Assembly: GCA_019828565.1 (NCBI GenBank)
Contig: JAHDYR010000064.1
Location: forward strand, 310,001-374,000
DNA from: Carpediemonas membranifera BICM
Lineage: Eukaryota > Protista > Fornicata
Direction: 5' to 3'
DNA length: 64,000 bases
The notes beneath the pieces were generated by a model that saw only the letters and a program-made list of their open reading frames with translations, ran no database searches and was not told the origin of the DNA. The translations under genes were made by a program, and so were the position numbers. Numbering within the stretch: position 1 is the stretch's first letter; each line of letters opens with the position of its first letter. This document shows positions 32,500 to 43,800 of the stretch, piece by piece.

Positions 32500-33999
32500 C
32501 TATCCCTTTCCCAAGCACTGCACCAGCGCGATATCCGCGGCACGTGCCATTCTCTGCTCCGCAGTCGCCTTGGGTGCTCTTCTCGAGAGAGCTGGACGCG
32601 AAGACGCAGCTGAAGCAAACCTAGTACGAGTCTTAGCGGGTCCACAAGACTGGGCGCGTCTGTTCGTGGGGTTGAAGTGAATCGAGGCGACAGAATCTTC
32701 CCGGAACAAATCTGCCCGTGACTCAACTTGAGTCGCCGCCCTGGAGTCAGCAAGCGAGGGCCGGCGGCGGTTTCCGATGTCCAGCTTCTCGTGGGTGGCC
32801 TTCTCGGCAGCAAGGCTCATGGCCATATAATTAATGGTGGCGGGAAGACGGGTCCCGTCGTTTGACATGCGCCGGCTCTTGCCAGGGAACGCGCCTGCGA
32901 TGTGGGCACCACTGTTAACCCTGGGGAGTGGGTTGCGGGTCTTCTCCTCCTCCTGCTTGCGGTAGCCGTGGTTCACGAGCGGCTCGATGTACGCCGGTAT
33001 CTCAGGCCGCGGTGGGGGCGTCTTAATCTGTTCAGGGGTGTCTATCTTCACCGGAGGAGCTGCAGGGACGAGATACTCGTCGTTAACCTGCTTGTCGTGG
33101 GTGACAATATGATCGTTAACCTGCGACCTGTTCTTGTCAATCTTCCCCCTGATAAACCGCTCAACTGGCCTTCTAGCCTCGAAGTCCAGCTTCTTGAGCA
33201 GTTCTGCCCGTGCTGCCATGCCCGAATTACCTCGGCCCTGGTCCTTCTTCTCGTAGTCCGGGTTCAGCGGGTTAGAATGGCGGCCGTCACGCCAGGCAAG
33301 GGGGATGGCGGGCTTGGCGCCAGGAATATCAGCACAGGAGACCGTGTTGCGCACAGTGCGGCGGGCTGGGTAGTTGAGTTGGGGGCGGGCTCCGGGAATG
33401 TCGTCGATGTTGTGCTTATCGATCATCCGACGATCCATCGCCGAGTGGGCCCGTCTTGTCCTAGGCTTTGAGCCCTCGATCTGCCCAACCACGCCAGCCG
33501 CCTGGAAGTTGAGTGGGGCCTCGGGGTCGACCCCATAGGCCGGTGTCAGGCTCGAATAGACCGGGTCGAGCGGGTTAGTCATCCGCTTGGACGGTGTGGG
33601 CTTGCGAACGATGTCGGACACGTCGAGGGTGAGCTGGGGTATGGGCTGGGACCTCATAAAGGGCGGATCGGGCTCGATGACGTCCGTGCGCAGAGTAGAG
33701 ACGCTGCGGGGACGGCCAGGGTACAGGGGCTTGGGACATGCACCTTCTACATCACCAACGTTATACCGGTCGCCTTTGAAAGGGACCTCGGGCGGCGGGG
33801 CCTGCTTGACGGGAGGGAGTCCGTAGTCTGGGTCGATGGGGTTCACCACACGGGTTGTCTTCCAGCCCTTTGGAAGTGGATATGCTCCCTCTATATCGCG
33901 GGTGTTAAGGATGTAGTTTGGACGCTCGGATTTGAACGAAGTCGCGCTGCGTTGAGTTTCCATGAAACTAGAGGAGTTGTCGGAGTTTTGCGTGAACAT
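32500..33999 (-). CDS. Repeat-rich protein (DIxGAxP and NPLxPxY motifs), possible ciliary/microtubule-associated protein
   Basis: DIEGAYP, DVEGACP, IEGSKP, DIPGARP, DIPGAKP; NPIDPDY, NPLDPVY, NPLNPDY; likely ATG at 33999. Confidence 0.7.
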   Translation of the reverse strand: MFTQNSDNSSSFMETQRSATSFKSERPNYILNTRDIEGAYPLPKGWKTTRVVNPIDPDYGLPPVKQAPPPEVPFKGDRYNVGDVEGACPKPLYPGRPRSVSTLRTDVIEPDPPFMRSQPIPQLTLDVSDIVRKPTPSKRMTNPLDPVYSSLTPAYGVDPEAPLNFQAAGVVGQIEGSKPRTRRAHSAMDRRMIDKHNIDDIPGARPQLNYPARRTVRNTVSCADIPGAKPAIPLAWRDGRHSNPLNPDYEKKDQGRGNSGMAARAELLKKLDFEARRPVERFIRGKIDKNRSQVNDHIVTHDKQVNDEYLVPAAPPVKIDTPEQIKTPPPRPEIPAYIEPLVNHGYRKQEEEKTRNPLPRVNSGAHIAGAFPGKSRRMSNDGTRLPATINYMAMSLAAEKATHEKLDIGNRRRPSLADSRAATQVESRADLFREDSVASIHFNPTNRRAQSCGPAKTRTRFASAASSRPALSRRAPKATAEQRMARAADIALVQCLGKG

Positions 34000-34147
34000 T
34001 TTGAGCTTGATGCGTGCTTGTATGCTTAATGAATGCTGCTTTGTGTCTTGAAGAGCCTTCTGCACACAGAGAATTCGCCCTGCGTCCGTGAGAAATTTCG
34101 CAGAATACGGTCCGACAGAATATGGTACGGATTTGAAGATTTATCGT

Positions 34148-35866
34148 TCAATCATCCTCTGTCGCTTCATCCTCGACCTGCTCACCATCCTCGACTTCTT
34201 CAACGCTCTCCTCCACCTGCCCCCGCCTGGCCGCGTCATCCGGGTAGTATTCGGTCACATCAATGTCCATCGCTGCCTGAATCAGCGCCGCCAGCTTATT
34301 ATGGGTCCCAACTGACCCCGCGTCCTGGGGCAAGCCACATAAATGGGTCGGCTGCTTCAGGATCCTGTCATCCGAGACAGAGATCACACCGATGTCTGCA
34401 GCCCCGGCCCAAGGCCCCAGGACAGTCTCAGCCATCGCAGTGGTTGGGACGACCCTATGTGACTCCGGAGCTGGGTCAGGTAGGGCCCCTCGGAGGTCGA
34501 ACCCGTGTAAAAGATCGACTTTCCCCACGAGCCGGGTCGCCCCGAATGAATCGACTTGGTGTGGAGTCACAGAGACCAGCCAAGACCGGAGAATACCGCA
34601 TGGCCAGACTACTGAGAGCATGGGGGAGTCCAGCTGGGGCTCGCTGTCGGATGTTGGGTAGCTGAAAAACATTGTCGCAGATTGGGCGGTTATTGTGGTC
34701 GTATCTAGATTCGTACCAATGTCAATCTTATACTCGACCAGCGGACCGACCGTTGGAATATTCGTGTCACGTGCTGGACCAGATTTCATGTATTCCGGCA
34801 GATAGTCCGGCACAGGCACTGTCGCGTGGGTCCCAGCGGTCCCCTCTCCGTCGAAGTCGATGGCGTATACGCGCACAGTACCCTTAGCTGTGAGCAGCGC
34901 CACGAACCTGTCGTCCGGGCTGAACGCGGCCCCCAGCAGCGGGGTTCTCGACCCGCCCCTTGTCAGGCGGCATGCCACGGCGGGTGAGCTAGACGCCCTT
35001 ATAATAGACACGACCCTCGCGTCCTGATGCGCCACGGCCAAGAGAAGTCCAGTTCGGCTCCACCACATGCCCCCGGATGGCCCCTCGAGTGAATACGACG
35101 CTAGCCGGGTCGGCCCGCTGTGTATGGCGACAGTAACCGCGGCAGGGCGACGGACACCGATGAGGGAGTCGACTGAACCTGCGACTGTGGCTCGGATGGC
35201 TGTGGCGGCGGGTAGAGGAGCTTGATCAGAGGTGTCGGTGGCTGTGAACGAGGTGCTTAACAGGGCGAGCCAGCGGGCTGACCCGGCGACCGCTGGTGTC
35301 GACTGTGACTCAACTGGGGTGACAACTGTCTGCTCGAGTGTGCGCGTGTCAAGGTGCACGACGGAGTCGCTGTACAAGATCACAGAATCTGATCCCACGG
35401 GGGCCAGGTCGATAACATCGCCGCCGCCTGCGACTCTGAGCTCAAGTTTGCCTGAGAATAGTCCGTAAACGCAGACGGGCATATGACACGCATCATGGGG
35501 CGGCCCGACGACAATGCGGGTCGGCCCTTCCGCTGAGCCCACCAGGACGGCCGACCCTACTGGTGATTCGGTGGTGATGGCCCAGGCCTGGTACATTGCC
35601 GTGGGGTGGATCTGTTGAAACTGGAAGTAGCAACGGAAGACACGCAGCTGTGTTTCAAGGGCACAGATAAGATAAGTAGTGCCGTTAATCGTTTGAAACT
35701 TGGTATAATCCCATGGTTTGCGGAGTGTAGCAGATGGGAGGAAGATATCGTTCTCTTGGTGGCGTAGCGTCTCAACCCAGTCGCGGACAACATTATACTT
35801 CGAGACTACGCTGTCCAGAAGTGCTCTATTCATGCTGGAAGCCTTATTAGTCATTGTTGAGTTCAT
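34148..35866 (-). CDS. BCAS3/ATG18-like (PROPPIN-related) WD40 protein
   Basis: WWSRTGLLLAVA...CRLTRGGSRTPLLGAAFSPDDRFVALLTAKGTVRVYAI resembles the PROPPIN/BCAS3 core; acidic tail. Confidence 0.65.
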   Translation of the reverse strand: MNSTMTNKASSMNRALLDSVVSKYNVVRDWVETLRHQENDIFLPSATLRKPWDYTKFQTINGTTYLICALETQLRVFRCYFQFQQIHPTAMYQAWAITTESPVGSAVLVGSAEGPTRIVVGPPHDACHMPVCVYGLFSGKLELRVAGGGDVIDLAPVGSDSVILYSDSVVHLDTRTLEQTVVTPVESQSTPAVAGSARWLALLSTSFTATDTSDQAPLPAATAIRATVAGSVDSLIGVRRPAAVTVAIHSGPTRLASYSLEGPSGGMWWSRTGLLLAVAHQDARVVSIIRASSSPAVACRLTRGGSRTPLLGAAFSPDDRFVALLTAKGTVRVYAIDFDGEGTAGTHATVPVPDYLPEYMKSGPARDTNIPTVGPLVEYKIDIGTNLDTTTITAQSATMFFSYPTSDSEPQLDSPMLSVVWPCGILRSWLVSVTPHQVDSFGATRLVGKVDLLHGFDLRGALPDPAPESHRVVPTTAMAETVLGPWAGAADIGVISVSDDRILKQPTHLCGLPQDAGSVGTHNKLAALIQAAMDIDVTEYYPDDAARRGQVEESVEEVEDGEQVEDEATEDD

Positions 35867-36451
35867 TTCTGATGAGAAATCCGTACTTGGTCGAATGATC
35901 CTGCACTATCCTGCGGGGCCAGTAGCGATCGACCCTGGCATGCTTTGACTGAACCCGTGGTCATGGAATCTCGTATGACCTCTGAGATGGTCGGTACCTC
36001 AGTCTTTTCGCCATTTTTTGTTCTGAAGCTGAGGCTGGCATTTGACGACTCCCTCGCCCCAAAGGCAGCATCAGGCAAGACTGGAAGCTGATGGGCCACT
36101 GGCGATACTGGTTGAATACATGCTGGATGAGGGCTGGCTGGGTGCCTTTCGTTCATGATCAACCTGGTTGACCGACCGCCGTTGCCGTTGACTCAGGCCA
36201 GACAGGCATCATGGATAAATTGACTGTCAGCAACAATAGTTGGCAGTATATCTTCAGTTCTCAAGGGTCCACAGACTTGGCTATGAAGAGTCGGGCTGCA
36301 GAAATCCACCCAACCCTTCAAGTCACATTTCTCCAGCCTGTAGCTCGCCAGTGACAATAACAAAGGAAAAAGACCCACATTTAGCCCATCACGTCGGAAA
36401 CAAGCATTTTTACAACATTCTAAACCAGGCCGCCCTTTCAACGGCCCATCT

Positions 36452-37791
36452 CTACTTCGCACCATACAAAAACAGGTTTGTAAGCGTAGCGATTGCTATG
36501 ATATTAGCCTGCGGGTGCCAGTCCAGATGCACCACCTTCTTGGCCGTGTTAACGTCACCCACCCAGCCTGTCTTGTTGCGGCGGGTAGCACCGAGTTTCT
36601 CCTCCTTCGTACGGCCACGGGACGCCTCAATACAGACACCACCCCGACCCATCCTATCGTAAATGTGGAAGTTGTTGTTGTAACTTCCGGTCAAAACGTG
36701 CGAGCCGTTTGGAGAGACAGCACACTCAAAACGATCAAATATAGCGTCCTGCTCGAACAACTGGGGCAAATGAGGCTTGAGGCTGTCGTGAATCGGGATG
36801 GTGTGCAGCGGCCGCGACTCCATGGCGACGTCCCACACCTTGAGCGAGAGAAAGTCCCGGGCAAAGATGTACTTGCCATCCGCTGAGAAAGTGAGGTCAG
36901 AGATGGATGAGGCGATCTCTTGGTGGTATGTGCGTTGGGACGAGGCTTGTTGGTCATTAAACGTCTTGCTGCCATAGTCGCACAGTGCCGAGGCGCGTAA
37001 GTCACAAAGACGGATCAGGTTTCGAGAAGTGCCGTATGCAAAAACAGCGCTGCTCTTTGGATGGTACGTTGCCGTGGTAATCACTTCCACAAGGTTGTCC
37101 AAACTGGGGGGCTTGATGTCGACGGCGTTGAACGTCGTTGCCGTTGTCTCTAAGTCCCAAATGTTCACGCGGAGATCATCCGCGGACAGGAAAGACGTCC
37201 CCTCGCTGCTGAGGGCAAGGCTGTTGATGTGGTAGTCGTGGACGCATTCGTACTGCCTCTTGGGGGACGCCCCGACCATTCCAGAGCCCCTCACGATACG
37301 GGGGATGCCTAGAGACCTTGGGGTGTCCTTAAGGAGGTTTCCAAACGACGGTGCCTTGTCCGCTTTGTTATGTACTTTCCATAGTTTGATCGTCTTGTCG
37401 TTGGTGGTCAGCATGAATCTCCCGCCGCACTGGTCATGACACCACTTGATCTTGTTGACTTGCTCGGGGATCTCGATGCTTCTGAGGTAGTCGAATTCGG
37501 GTTGATGAGACTCGAATTCTGTTACGAAGCGATATTCCACGTGGCGGCGGTGGTTCTTGTCCTTGGTCTCCACGCGTTCAAAGACAACGACACGGCCTCC
37601 ACGATCCCCAACAGCGAGAAAGTTCCCGTCCATATTGAATGCTACAGCAGAAATGATGTCTTCTGGATAAGAAGAAGGATAATGGGAATGGACAAACCGT
37701 CTTTCACGTCCTGGACAGCGGAGATGTCACCAAAGACCTGTGCAAAGCGCCAGGACGATCGATCGTCCACCTGTCGATGAGATCCATCCAT
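36452..37791 (-). CDS. PPP2R2: PP2A regulatory subunit B (B55/Cdc55) (exons 37791-37698 and 37662-36452)
   Basis: WRFAQVFG...DIISAVAF, GDRGGRVVVFE, SHQPEFDYLRSIEI, TNDKTIKLWK, SADDLRVNIW, DIKP. Confidence 0.96.
37663..37697 (-). other. Spliceosomal intron, 35 nt
   Basis: GTTTGTCC...CTTATCCAG; restores VKD-E-DIISAV. Confidence 0.9.
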
Positions 37792-37889
37792 GTTGCAAAC
37801 AAAGTTGCAAACACCTGCCATAAAATGCCTCTTGAATCTCCTCAATCGAATCTGATATCCTAATAGTGTGTTTAATCCACAAAATAAGA

Positions 37890-40800
37890 TCATATTTGCA
37901 TGACGTTGAAGTCGAACCTGCCGGCCCGACTTAGATCGATCTCCCCAACTTCTCCAGTCGCTGCGAAAGACCCAGAAGTGCCAAACAGACCAACACCAGT
38001 CTCAAACGACAGCCGCAGCGACGAGCTCATGATGACAGCATCCGGCTGGGGCCAGAGGTCGAGTGTGTGCTGCAGATCCCTCATGACAGGCTGGCCTGGG
38101 CGGACAAGTGAGGCCTGAGATACGATGGCATAGCGCAGGTTAGCCGCCTCACTGCCGCCGAGCTCCTGAATCGAGTCTGCCTGGAGTTGACGGATGAGGT
38201 CGCCTGAGAAGAGGACCACACGCTTGTCGAACACCCGGATCCGCATGGGGTTGGACCCGTTGACGACGGTCGGCACAGCTACAGAGACGGGGGCGAGGAT
38301 CTCATCGGGCATGGACGGGGCCGGACGGAAGCCTGGGAACGCGATGTTCTCCGCCATCATCACGACAAGCGTGGTGCGGCCGTCCCTGCATGCTGCTGAG
38401 AGCGGGGGATGAGCTTCGAGAAGTGTGGCCAGCCTGATCATGGCGTCGGAGAGGGCTGACCCGCCGTTGCACCAGTCCACCTCGTCCTTGCTAAACGGGC
38501 CACAGAGAACGAGCACGCGGGGCAGGTTCTCGCAGCACTCGCGGAGGAGGTGGGCGACCCGTTTCCTCTGGGCGGGTGTGTCGAGCAGGCAGTCGAAGGC
38601 GATCCTCAGGTTGGTGGGGTCGCCCTTCAACACGGCATCGTCACGAGCGGCATTGAGCACGTCAGCGTGGACGGCAGACAGCGGTGTCGGTTCGAACCAG
38701 GGCACGGGACCGATCGCTGTCCGACCAGCGTCCGAGTCGACGAGAGTGATGGTGTGTGGCCGCAGCACAGGCTTGCCCTGGTCGTCATACCCCACAGCGC
38801 CTTGTACCGTGACAAACATGCCGAGTGCGTACACTCCTGGCCCAAACTCAGTGTGCTCGTCGGGCTTGACGCCGATCCAGCCAGTGGTGTCCTCAAGACG
38901 GAAACCATCGTCCACTCTGGTGAGCATGCCAACAACCTTCCACAGCTTGTTCCGGTGGGAGTTGAGCTTCACGTCGTTGATCTTTGCCGCCCGCTCCTCG
39001 AGGTGAGTTTCTCTGCTTCTCACTGCCATTCGTGCCACCGTCATCCTCATGTTAGCGGAGTCAGCCATCTGCCCGTCGCGGGGGAGCCCAGGCTTGCCAG
39101 GGACAAAGCCGTCGCCCGAGAGTGCCGGGCGAACAATAGGAACTCGGCTGATGGGCACGGGCTCAACTATGGGCGTGGCGAGCTGGGGCCCGCTGTCCTG
39201 GTCGAGCAGGGCGATGAGCGCGCTGTTGCTGAGCCTGTGCTGGCCCTTAACGCCCTTCATCCGGTCCTTCGTGTCCTTGAGTAGACGCTTCACGCTGCTA
39301 ACTCCGCCGGGCTCGGCATACAAGGGAACAAGGATGTTGAGCGGGTTGTCGTTCGAGTCGATCGACATGCCGGCCCGCTGAACAAGCTTGGCGACGACCG
39401 GGCCGTTCTTCGCCTCCTCAGCCGTTCTAGCCCTCCATCTACCTGAGGCGTCGCGGTGGGTCTGGCGTGATTCGGCCTCTTCCTCCTCGACATAGCGGTG
39501 CTGGGCGATGTCGATGGCCGCTCCGAGCCTCTCCAAGCCGTAAAGCCCCGCGATCCTTCTCAGCGGCTCCACGTCAGCCTTGAACTGGTCGAGACCGTAT
39601 CGGGGAACGTATTTCCCGCCGCAGCCTGCGAGACATGAGTTGGGGCCAACTACGTGCATGCGGGGTGCGCCACAGTTGTCGCACACAGCGTCAGTGGAGT
39701 TGAACCGGGTGAAAGCAGCCGTGAGCTTCTCCATGAGCCTGGCCTCGAGCTTGTCCCTGCTGAACTGGTAGCCACAAGACTCCCTGGGGCAAACAGGCCC
39801 GCCTTGGGCGATAGACTTGGTGTCGCCGAGCAGGTCGCATGGGTACACCTGGTTGCACTTGTCGCAGAATAGCCCGCTGAGGATGAATGCCGTAGTTGGC
39901 CGCGGCCAGACCGAGATCATGTCTGCGCCGACTGGGGCGGCCCTTGTTGTGGTAGACAGGGCGGCCTGCTGGATGGCAGCGGTGAACTCGGCTCTGATTC
40001 TAGCCCCCTCGTCGGAATCCTGGGCCGCCATGAACCTGTCCAGCTCGACGACAAGCGCCCTGCTGCATTGTACGAACTCCGACTCCACAGAGTCGTGGGG
40101 TCGGGACCACGGGACACCGCTGGGCCACGCGATGGCTTCGGACCCGGCCGCAGTGAGCGAATGGATAGTGTTACGGGCCGCGTTGAGCTGAGAATAAAAG
40201 ATGGAGCGGTAACGACCCATGGCCTTGAGCAGACCCGCCTTGACCATGTCAGTGGTCACCAGGGCGTCGGGGTCTCGTGCCTCAGGGTCGTCCAGGTCAA
40301 GCGTGTCTGCGGCCTGGGTGGCCTGGCCCCCGCCTTGGAAACTACCCCGGACGGCCTCTACTAGTGCAGAGTCGAGCGGCCGGCCGTAGAGGTCGTGCCA
40401 CATAAAGTGGAGTGGCACGACGAGGGCGTTCATCGCGATGGCGCGCAAGTTCTGGGCGGTAGTCTGGGGGAAAACGTCGAGGAAGTCGAAGCCGACGATC
40501 GTGTGGGTCGGCTGAGCCTGTGCTGCGATCTCTTCCCCGCTGAGGGCGCCGATACCGATGTAGTTGAGCGAGTCGACGAACAGCAGGGCGTCATAAAGTG
40601 TGACTGATCGCGGCACGAGCTGAAGCAGCGGGAACGGAGAGTTCCTGCCGTTGACAGTGTCCACGAGCCGCCTCAGCACCGCCTGGGCCTTGTCGACCGA
40701 GAACATGCCTGTGTCCAGCACGACTCGGTTGAAGTCGAGGTGGATGACAGTCAACCCGTGGTCTTCGATGAGGGCCGCCAGCTGTCTGTGTACTCCGTTC

Positions 40801-43800
40801 ATGGCCTCTACCACTCTAGCGAGCAGGGCGGGGTCATAAAGCATGGCCTGGGGGTTTGAGATCCAGCGGTAGAGGTGCTCGATAAGGGCCGTGACGTACT
40901 GGGCGCCGACTCGGGCCGAGGGATCTGTGGCGCTGGCCGTGAGCTGGTCGACGCACGTCTTGATGAATAGCCGGAGGACCTGGAATGAGCGACGGGCAGG
41001 ATCGGCCATACCCGCGTCGTAGACCATGTCGGTGATGTTCTTCGCAGCGGCAGCCTCACCATAGAGCACTGCGTTGACACAGGCGAACCCAATGTCCACA
41101 GATGCAGTGATCGTGCGGTACAGCCCCTGCGTCGACAGGGACAGCGGGGCGACGGCGTCGACCGGCGCGGGGTGCGGGCCGACGTCTGGGGCGGTGGTGG
41201 ATGAGCACCAGGAGACTAGGCCGTTTGCCTGGAGGGTGCGGGAGTAGAGCGTGTCGGCGAGGAAGGACATGACGTCGGTTGGGAGGTTGCACAGGGGGAG
41301 GCCTGCGAGACGGGCCATGCCCTCCATGGCCTCGATCACGCCGCTGTTGCTGGCCATCGTCTCTGCCACGCGCACACCCATGGCGCTCGCCCATCCAAAG
41401 GCGTCTGCCCAGTCCTCCTCCTCCCAGGCGCTGTCCACGGGCATGAACAGCGCCGGCCACTGGGGCGCAGTGCCGTCGGTGGTGTCGGTCACTCCGAACA
41501 GGGCCTCCATGACTGTCTTCCGGTCGTGGGGACCCATGACCAACAGCACGGGCACGCGTGGTCGGCTGGATGGGTCGGCGCTGTTGGCGTCGTTTGATTT
41601 GGCAATGGTGTCACCGACGGTGGCGAGCAGGGTCTCGACGCGACCCCTGATGAATCTAGCAGTGCCACGCTCGGACGTCGCGGCAGTGACGGTGGCGTGG
41701 CGTTTTGCTGCCCGGAGAGGGTTCTTGAACGACTCGTAGAGCCCTTCCCCGGCCTCAACATGCTCGCTGATAGCATCCCTCGCGGCCTGTGCGCTGTTTG
41801 TGCGACTCATTACAAAGTGGAGCCGTTCCCCTACAAACGCGGGGGAGAACACAGTGGCGATAATTCGCTGGCCGTGTTGAACGTAGTGTACAATCACAGG
41901 CTCAAGATCAACCTCACCCAGCCCGTCCGCCCGAACACTGTGCAGGTCGTCAAGCAGTATAGTCCTCCCGGCACTGGTCCCCGAGTAGCGGCAGACCCCG
42001 CCGACCTGGGTGATTGTCCGGGAAAGGGGGTCAATGCCGAGCTCGAAGACACCAGAGACCTCGGGGTGCTCCCTCAGAGACTGGATGCGGGGATTGTTGA
42101 CGAACTCAGCCTCGGCCATCTGAACTCTGACGACCTTAGACTGCACATTGTGGCGTGGGAGCACGCGCTCGACAATCTCGAGCTTGGTCGCCGAGCTGTT
42201 TGCTCCGAGGACAGCGGCGACAACAGATAGTGGGGCTGCGACGTAAAACACCCTGGGAACCTCGACGTCCTGGTACGACAGCGCGTGCGTGCCCGCCATG
42301 ACGACGGCGAGGGTGACCACACCGGGGGCCCTCACCTTAGCCTGGAGGACTGTCCACTGAGCATGCCGCTTCGACGCCTGCTTGTGTGCGAACTCGCGGA
42401 GGGTTCCCTTGGAAACCGTCAGCCTGCCCTGCTTCCTATCCACACGCAGGGCCCGCCACTGGGCCCGCTTGTGTCGAATCCACTCGGGGAAGTGGGTGTC
42501 CCGACGCCATGGGCGGCCCGAGGGGTCGAGCTTGAGGGCCTCGACGTCCTCCTTTGTTGGGTTGAGTGCCCGCTGTCTGGCAAATTCGGCCTTCTTCGCG
42601 AGCTGGGCCTTAGAAAGAGGCTTCTGGCCACCTGACGAGAGGGGCATGTTGGTGTAAGAGTTGTTGGAGGCAGAGACAAATGTCCCGGGTGGTCGGGTGA
42701 TCGAGCCGGACTTGCCCTTGAGGAAGTCGACGATCTTGCGCTGGTGGCGGTTGGCCTCGATCTCGCGCTGCTGCTTGATGAGCCAATCAGGGAGCGTGAC
42801 TTCCGGAGTTGGGTTGGGCACGCCTTGCTTGATGGCGGGGATCGTCACAATCTTCAGGATCTGCTTCGAGATACGCTGGATATAGTAATCCCAGTCAACG
42901 ATATTCCTGATATCACACGCCTCACCCTGGATGCTGGCCTTCGTCCATCTTAGCAGCCACTTCTCCTGCGCCTTGAGTGGGAGCTGCCAGAGGAGAGTGG
43001 GGATGGCCCTAGAGGTGGTCGACGCCTCGCCGTCCGGTGCCCATCTGCTGATGATATACTTGCATGTAACGCCGGTCTGATTAACGATATCTGGGTCCAT
43101 GATCTCTGCGAGTCGGGTGACTGTGGTGATGGCGACGGACTTGCGGCCTCCGTAGTCAGCGACGGGCTTGCTCATCGTCGTGCTCTCCTCAATGAGGGCG
43201 AGGAGCTCTGTATCCGGGATCGAGCAGCCCTTGGTCATCAGAACGTTCAGGATCGTGCGGCAGATGACGCCTGCCTCGGCGTAGGCGGCGGCGACGTTGC
43301 TGCCCTTGAGGAAGGCAGGGAAGATGAGGGTCTGGAACGCCTTGACCAGCTGCAACTCGCCGCGTCGCTTGAGCTCGAAACCCTTGAGTTCAGCGAGGGT
43401 GTTATCCTCGTTGTACACGGCATACCGCTTCTTGATGAGCTTGTCAGGACCCAGCTCGGATGCTGGGAGGATCATACTCTTGTACGGCCCATCGACCTCG
43501 AAGTATATCGAGCACTCCTTGTGTGTCTTAAACTGCGTGTTCATGGGGTTGAGCGATGTCATGTACTGGTGGTTGGTGTAGTTCGCGTACACGTCAGCGT
43601 TGAGCATGATAGCAGGATACGACACGCGAACCTTCTTCTCCTTCCCGTAGCGGTCAGTGAGCTTCATGGTCTCGTATTGGGGGAACTCCTTTGGCAGTGC
43701 GACCCAGATTCCGTCCGTGTCGAGCTCCAGGGGCAGACCGATCCTCTCACACAGGGCACGAGCCTGCTTGATGATGTTTGCTCCAGTGTGTGTGACTACT

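Noticed and set aside
35863-36162. 99-aa ORF as an upstream exon of the BCAS3-like gene
   Set aside because: The only candidate intron (18 nt) leaves a stop in frame and does not fit the acceptor motif
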